In this document: positions 7,050 through 11,763 of the stretch, piece by piece | Numbering within the stretch: position 1 is the stretch's first letter | Layout of the letters: each line of letters starts with the position of its first letter | Source: an uncultured Deinococcales bacterium | GTDB lineage: Bacteria; Deinococcota; Deinococci; Deinococcales; JAAFIG01 | DNA length: 11,763 nucleotides | NCBI GenBank assembly: GCA_964244895.1 | Contig: CAXTKV010000170.1 | Span: 1 to 11,763, forward strand | Reading direction: 5' to 3' | The notes under the pieces: generated by a model | Told to the model about the DNA's origin: nothing | Seen by the model: the letters and a program-made list of their open reading frames with translations, nothing else | Database searches by the model: none | Translations under genes and position numbers: made by a program

Positions 7050-8399
7050 ATGACGATCCCGACCAGCAAACAGGAACTTCACCAGCAACAGCACGCCAAA
7101 CACGTGCTCTCGTCGTGGGCGGTGCAGAGCACCATGGCGCAAGCCCCGGTCGCCGTGCGCGGCGAGGGGCGCTTCTTCTGGGACGAGGACGATAACAAGT
7201 ACCTCGACCTGGCCTCCGGGCTGGTCAGCACCAACCTCGGACACGGGCACAAGGCGGTCGTCAAGGCGATCCAGGATCAGGCCGCCAAACTCTGCTACGC
7301 CCCGACCTCGTACCTGAACGACAAACGCGCCGAACTGGGCGCGGCGCTCTCCGAACTCTCGCCGTGGGAAGAGGGCTGCCGCACGTTCTTCACCACCGGC
7401 GGCGCTGAAGCCAACGACGACGCCATCCGTCTGGCGCGCACCCTGACGGGCCGATTCAAGATCCTCGCGCCGTACCGCAGCTATCACGGCAGCACCGGAT
7501 TGAGCATCCAACTGACCGGCGAAGACCGCCGCTGGGGCAACGAACCCGCCATCTCGCCCGGCATCCTGCACTTCTGGGCTCCGTTCACGTACCGCAGCCC
7601 GTTCTTCACGCAAGACCCCGCCGAAGAAACCGCCAGGGCGCTCGAACACCTCGAGCGCACGCTCTTGCAAGAAAACCCCCAACGCGTCGCCGCGATCATC
7701 CTCGAGCCGATCGTCGGCACGAACGGCGTGATCGTCTACCCGGAAGGCTACCTGGCCGGATTGCGCCGCATCACCGAACAGCACGGCATCCTGTTGATCT
7801 TCGACGAGGTCATGACCGGTTTCGGGCGCACCGGATCGGCCTTCGCCAGCACGCGATTCAACGTCACACCCGACATCCTGACCTTCGCCAAAGGCGTCAC
7901 CAGCGCGTACTTGCCGCTCGGCGGCGTGATGGTGCGCGAAAGCCTGGCCAGGCACTTCGACACCAACGCCCTGCCGGTGGGTCACACCTACGCGGGCCAC
8001 CCGATGTCCTGCGCCGCCGGACTGGCGACCTTGCGCGCCTATCAGGAAGAAGGCATCTTTGACTACGCCAGAAACACCCTCGAGCCCTGGTTGCGCTCCG
8101 GCCTCAAGGAACTCGAATCCCGCCACGCCATCATCGGCGAGGCGCGCGGATTGGGCGCGTTCTGGGCGCTGGAATTCGTGAAAGACAAAGACACCCGCGA
8201 ACCCCTCGTGCCCTGGATGGGCGACGGCCCCGGCGTCATGAAACACTTCTACGCCGAACTCAAAAAACGCGGCGTCTACAGCTTCGGCAAGTTCAACGTC
8301 GCCATGGTCACACCACCCCTGACCACCACCCGCGAAGAACTCGACCTGGGTCTTGAGGCGCTCGACGCAGCCACCACCGCCCTGAACGCGATCATCTAA
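7050..8399 (+). CDS. Class III PLP-dependent (omega-amino acid/amine) aminotransferase
   Basis: YLDLASGL, GGAEAND, SYHG, ILEPIVG, LIFDEVMTGFGRTG, PDILTFAKG (PLP Lys) and GHTYAGHP motifs. RBS GAGGTG; TAGAAT at 6984-6989. Confidence 0.95.
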   Translation: MTIPTSKQELHQQQHAKHVLSSWAVQSTMAQAPVAVRGEGRFFWDEDDNKYLDLASGLVSTNLGHGHKAVVKAIQDQAAKLCYAPTSYLNDKRAELGAALSELSPWEEGCRTFFTTGGAEANDDAIRLARTLTGRFKILAPYRSYHGSTGLSIQLTGEDRRWGNEPAISPGILHFWAPFTYRSPFFTQDPAEETARALEHLERTLLQENPQRVAAIILEPIVGTNGVIVYPEGYLAGLRRITEQHGILLIFDEVMTGFGRTGSAFASTRFNVTPDILTFAKGVTSAYLPLGGVMVRESLARHFDTNALPVGHTYAGHPMSCAAGLATLRAYQEEGIFDYARNTLEPWLRSGLKELESRHAIIGEARGLGAFWALEFVKDKDTREPLVPWMGDGPGVMKHFYAELKKRGVYSFGKFNVAMVTPPLTTTREELDLGLEALDAATTALNAII

Positions 8400-8423
8400 A
8401 GCCTTCAACTCAGTCCAAACCTT

Positions 8424-8474
8424 CCGTCCCCGACGACCCTCTCAGCTCGAGAGAACACCGTCGGGGACGGTCTT
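8424..8474. repeat. REP-like palindromic element, copy 7 (rearranged); may act as terminator
   Basis: CCGTCCCCGACG (8424-8435) / CGTCGGGGACGG (8459-8470), followed by TCTTTT. Contains the family end CTCGAGAGAACACCGTC. Confidence 0.7.
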
Positions 8475-8648
8475 TTGCTGACACACCACGAAGCCGCGCA
8501 GCGGTGACGGAATTGCACACGACCCACCCCACCCCGGACGCTAATGTGAAACGGAAAACGCGAAAGAAATCCATCCAGGAGGTAAAACGCGAACGCACGC
8601 CAGAAACTACCAAAACCCCGCTCCCAGACGGCGAAACACGCCAAGCCT

Positions 8649-8680
8649 GTAAGAGAACCGTAAGTGCCCCGCGTTAAACT
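8649..8680 (+). promoter_or_regulatory. Putative major pilin promoter: direct repeat plus -10
   Basis: GTAAG-AGAACC-GTAAG-N10-TAAACT, about 100 nt upstream of the pilin start. Confidence 0.45.
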
Positions 8681-8782
8681 CAATCTCAGACAGCAAGAGG
8701 AACGACCTCGAGCGTCCAGAACTGCACACGGTTGACCGACCAATATAAATAAAACATTCGGTCAAACCACAAGGAGAAAGAC

Positions 8783-9154
8783 ATGAAGAACCGTAAGGCC
8801 CAAGGCTTCACCCTGATCGAGCTCCTGATCGTCATCGCCATCATCGGTATCCTCGCCGCCGTGCTCATCCCGAACCTGTTGAGCGCCCGCACCACCGCCC
8901 AGAAGCGCGCCGAGCAGGCCTACACGCAGAACGTCTTCAAGGCCGCCAACGCCTACATCGCCGACAACATCGCCGCCACCGCCCTGCCCTCCACCTCGTG
9001 CGTCGGCAGCTACACCGTGGGCAGCTACGGCGCAGGCTCCGGCCCGGCGACGCTGAGCGCCTGCACGGTCGCCTTCGTTGCTGCCACCCAGACGGTCACG
9101 GTCACGGCCACCAGCACCATCTCCGGCGTCGGTACCTTCACGGTCGGCAACTAA
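8783..9154 (+). CDS. pilA: Type IV pilin, probable major pilin (PilA4-like)
   Basis: MKNRKAQG|FTLIELLIVIAIIGILAAVLIPNL class III signal with E5; two Cys; strong RBS AAGGAG; strongly C/G-ending codons; own terminator. Confidence 0.92.
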   Translation: MKNRKAQGFTLIELLIVIAIIGILAAVLIPNLLSARTTAQKRAEQAYTQNVFKAANAYIADNIAATALPSTSCVGSYTVGSYGAGSGPATLSACTVAFVAATQTVTVTATSTISGVGTFTVGN

Positions 9155-9178
9155 ACCCCGCATCCGAACCTGGAACAC

Positions 9179-9212
9179 AACCCCTCGACGGCGCAAGCCG
9201 CCGGGGGGTTTG
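9179..9212 (+). terminator. Intrinsic terminator after pilin 1
   Basis: AACCCCTCG-A-CGGC-GCAA-GCCG-C-CGGGGGGTT-TG: stem with GNRA tetraloop and a short U tail. Confidence 0.7.
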
Positions 9213-9282
9213 GTATGAGCATCAAGATAAGATCGCCCTGATGTACGCGGGCGTCGTGATCAGGATGCTCCCCGAGGCGCAT

Positions 9283-9687
9283 ATGTCCCAGAAACCGCTT
9301 CCTTCTCAGCGTCAAATACAGTTTCCTCAGTCAGACGGGTTCACCCTGATCGAGTTGTTGATTGTTATCGCTATTATCGGCATTCTGGCCGCTGTGCTGA
9401 TCCCCAACCTGATGAGCGCCCGTAAGGTCAGTCAGAATCGCGCGGCCCAGGCATATGGACAGAACGTGTATAAGGCAGCCAACGCCTATCTGTCGGAATT
9501 CCCCAGCGCGACCACGAGCGACATAGTCAACCCGGATTGCAAAGCCGGGTACGCGACCGGCAACTACAGCGTGGCAAATCCGGGGACGGGCGTGCAAAGC
9601 TGCCGCGTCGAACCGGATGCGAATGGCAACGGAGCGCGCGTCGTGGTCGTCAGTATCAACAGCACGACCTTTACCGTCGGTTTGTAA
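9283..9687 (+). CDS. Second type IV pilin paralog (134 aa)
   Basis: MSQKPLPSQRQIQFPQSDG|FTLIELLIVIAIIGILAAVLIPNL; GAGG upstream of ATG 9283; aligns with pilin 1 over the mature chain (AY.QNV.KAANAY, two Cys, TFTVG). Confidence 0.88.
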   Translation: MSQKPLPSQRQIQFPQSDGFTLIELLIVIAIIGILAAVLIPNLMSARKVSQNRAAQAYGQNVYKAANAYLSEFPSATTSDIVNPDCKAGYATGNYSVANPGTGVQSCRVEPDANGNGARVVVVSINSTTFTVGL

Positions 9688-9702
9688 GCAAAATAGTTGC
9701 TC

Positions 9703-9738
9703 TGAAGGGTGTCCTCGAGATCTCGAGGACACCCTTCA
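9703..9738. repeat. Perfect 36-bp palindrome with no loop
   Basis: TGAAGGGTGTCCTCGAGA|TCTCGAGGACACCCTTCA. Confidence 0.95.
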
Positions 9739-9834
9739 ATAATCCTTGGGTTTTTGCGAAAAGCCGTTCAGGCTCGAGCGTTGCACTCGAGATGACCAAA
9801 CATCTCCGATCGGGTTTCCGTTTTTGCTTCAGCA

Positions 9835-9880
9835 AAAACACCGTCGTGGACGCGCCGAAATATTCGTGTGCTGGACGGTA
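9835..9880. repeat. REP-like palindromic element, copy 8
   Basis: AACACCGTCGTGGACGCG-N10-CGTGTGCTGGACGGTA; imperfect stem. Confidence 0.8.
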
Positions 9881-9977
9881 TCGCGTACAAACTGCCAATC
9901 TCGTCCTACGTCCCACCGCTTCGATCTCGAGGTGCAAACGCACCGAGAAACCCGCCAGCGGCGTCTATAGTCCACCT

Positions 9978-11495
9978 GTGCGCGAACCCTTCCTGACGAC
10001 CCCGCGCGCATCGCATCCCGCGTCAAATCTGCGTACCGACATCGATGCTGGCGCAACGTTGCTGACTGTGTTCGTGGCGGTGTTCCCGCTCGTGTTCGTG
10101 CCGGGCGCACTCTTCTCGAACCCTCCGATCATTGATGACACGGTGCGGACGCAGGCGATGGAGCAATACTTTTTTCTGCCGAAGCTAATTGTGCTGTGCG
10201 TCTTCGGATTGCTGGCGTTACTTGAGACTCGCAAGCGAAGTTGGCGTTCCGTGTGGGTCGGCTTGCTGGTCGTACACTTGGCCCTGGTCGCCCTGAGCGC
10301 TTTGAACGCGAACGACACGATCACTTATGTCCTGTTGGGCGGTCAGCAGCGCCTGGATGGCGTGGTGTATCAGGTCGCGCTCGCGCTGATCGGCGTGTTC
10401 GCATTTCAAACGTTTGCCCAAGATCAGAGCGGCATCTCGAGGGTCATGACAGCGTTCGTCGCGGCGGGTGCAACCCAGGCCGTGCTGGTCGTGGTTCAGC
10501 GTCTGGGTTTCGATCCGGTCGCAACGTTCGTGCGCTGGAAGGCGTTCGATGCGCCGGGTGGCAGCATTGGGCATCCCGGCATGGTCGCGGGTTTGCTGCT
10601 GCCCGCCTTGATCCTGGCAACCTGGTCTTTTCTCGAGTCGCGCGAATCGCGTTCGAGGCTGTGGTGGGGTCTGGCAGCGGTCGCGTTGTCCATTGGCCTG
10701 AGCGTGGTCAGCAACAGAACGGCGCTGCTCGGGTTGGGTATTGGATTGGCCTTTGTCCTTTTGCGTCGGCGTTCGCTGGAGACGCTGGGTTTTTCAGCAT
10801 TTTTGATCGTCCTGGTGATTTTTGGGCGCAACGCGATCCCCAGCCCGAACGCACCGAACCGCGACCTGATCTCGACCCAGACGCTCGAGACGCGCCGCAT
10901 GATCTGGCCGCTGGCGCTTCAGGCATCTCGAGAAACGAGGGGTCAACCGTTGATTGGCGGAGGGCCGGACGCGTTGCGGTTGTGGACGTTGCGCTCCGCA
11001 CCCCTCGGGCAGTTTGTGTCGCTTCTCGGTCTCGAGCTGGGTTGGCCGTCCGATACGATCATCGAGCGCACAGATCTGATACGAGCGCCAGATGCGCCAA
11101 TTCGGGATTCGCTCTTGCGCGTGCAGTTCGCCCGCTTCGGTGACCAGCAAAACGTGACTCGAGATTTTCCCATCACCCTGGATCGGGCGCACGATCTGCT
11201 GCTGGATCGGCTGGTGGCCTACGGTGGTCTGAGCGCCCTGATCTGGTTGGTGTTGTACCTGTACCCGTTGCTCAAACCCACCTGGGACTTGGTTGTCCGA
11301 TCTCGAGCGAGCACGCATTCGTCTCGAGAAAACCATCCGGGAAACGGGGTCGCAGGGGGCTTGATCGGCGCGGTGCTGGCATTGAGCGTGTATTACCTGG
11401 CGTGGTTCCCGGTCATGCAGGTCGAACCGCTGCACCTGATCCTGCTCGCCGCTGCGTGGGTCGCCGTCTCGAGATTGAACGGGGCAAAAACGTGA
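9978..11495 (+). CDS. O-antigen ligase (Wzy_C) family membrane protein, candidate pilin O-oligosaccharyltransferase, ~505 aa
   Basis: Multi-TM; GSIGHPG, SNRTALLGL, TRRMIWPLAL..PLIGGGP and DRAHDLLLD..VAYGGL resemble Wzy_C motifs. Start placed at GTG 9978, 6 nt after TATAGT; the upstream part of ORF 9537 spans repeats. Confidence 0.78.
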   Translation: MREPFLTTPRASHPASNLRTDIDAGATLLTVFVAVFPLVFVPGALFSNPPIIDDTVRTQAMEQYFFLPKLIVLCVFGLLALLETRKRSWRSVWVGLLVVHLALVALSALNANDTITYVLLGGQQRLDGVVYQVALALIGVFAFQTFAQDQSGISRVMTAFVAAGATQAVLVVVQRLGFDPVATFVRWKAFDAPGGSIGHPGMVAGLLLPALILATWSFLESRESRSRLWWGLAAVALSIGLSVVSNRTALLGLGIGLAFVLLRRRSLETLGFSAFLIVLVIFGRNAIPSPNAPNRDLISTQTLETRRMIWPLALQASRETRGQPLIGGGPDALRLWTLRSAPLGQFVSLLGLELGWPSDTIIERTDLIRAPDAPIRDSLLRVQFARFGDQQNVTRDFPITLDRAHDLLLDRLVAYGGLSALIWLVLYLYPLLKPTWDLVVRSRASTHSSRENHPGNGVAGGLIGAVLALSVYYLAWFPVMQVEPLHLILLAAAWVAVSRLNGAKT

Positions 11496-11763
11496 ATTGG
11501 GGCTGGCTGGCCGTGCCGCTCTGGGCGGTGCTGTACTGGGTCTGGCATCAGCCCGGAACGCATTACGATGCGCCGCCGCTCTGGGCGATGCTGTCTGGCT
11601 TGCTCGCGTTGGCCTTGTGCGGTTGGCGCGTCCCACGGCTCGTCTGGGCGTGGTGGGCGGCGGGCGCGGTCACGCTCGCGTGGAGTTTGACGCCGGGCAA
11701 CACGCTCGTTTTGGCGCAGTGGGAACTGTTGTACGTGGCGATGTTCGCCGTGGCGGCGGGCTC
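11492..11763 (+). CDS. Membrane protein, 5' part; possibly a second O-antigen-ligase-family protein
   Basis: GTG overlaps the previous TGA (GTGA). Open to the window end: MNWGWLAVPLWAVLYWVWHQPG...VTLAWSLTPGNTLVLAQWELLYVAMFAVAAG, Trp-rich and hydrophobic. Confidence 0.7.
   Translation, partial: MNWGWLAVPLWAVLYWVWHQPGTHYDAPPLWAMLSGLLALALCGWRVPRLVWAWWAAGAVTLAWSLTPGNTLVLAQWELLYVAMFAVAAG

Noticed and set aside
6867..8408. 513-aa minus-strand ORF
   Set aside because: Antisense shadow of the aminotransferase, expected with high-GC codon bias; no family motifs.
8540..8782. c-di-GMP riboswitch upstream of the pilin
   Set aside because: ACCGACCAA resembles the class II 3' end, but the GUGCAACC and GGGCACUU elements and class I motifs are absent. 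An Infernal scan would settle it.
878..9880. Palindromic repeats interpreted as a CRISPR array or integron attC sites
   Set aside because: Copies are dispersed singly between ordinary chromosomal genes in any orientation. There are no regular spacers, no cas or integrase gene and no RYYYAAC/GTTRRRY boxes.
9537..9977. N-terminal extension of the 652-aa ORF (likewise 8998-9282, 5594-5836, 6835-7005, 833-1042)
   Set aside because: These overlap other genes, terminators or repeats, and better-supported internal starts exist.

Overview
GC-rich bacterial chromosomal window, most likely Deinococcota. This is inferred from PilA4-like pilin N-termini and several apparently leaderless genes. Gene order: secreted alkaline phosphatase (minus, runs off the left edge, absent from the ORF track), 69-aa hypothetical (+), M23 peptidase fused to a TolB-like beta-propeller (-), rodA (-), beta-hydroxyacid dehydrogenase (-), ~98-aa hypothetical (+), TMEM175-family channel (-), class III aminotransferase (+), two tandem type IV pilins (+), an O-antigen-ligase/oligosaccharyltransferase-like protein (+) and the start of an overlapping membrane protein (+). 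The most striking signals are non-coding: (1) a REP-like palindromic repeat family, with compensatory substitutions, in 8 of 10 intergenic gaps; (2) about 46 copies of CTCGAG, roughly 10-fold over a simple composition expectation, a hexamer that also forms the ends of those repeats; (3) a perfect 36-bp palindrome built from the repeat ends; (4) a shared direct-repeat/-10 promoter geometry at three genes; (5) two tandem DnaA-box-like 9-mers inside a coding region.
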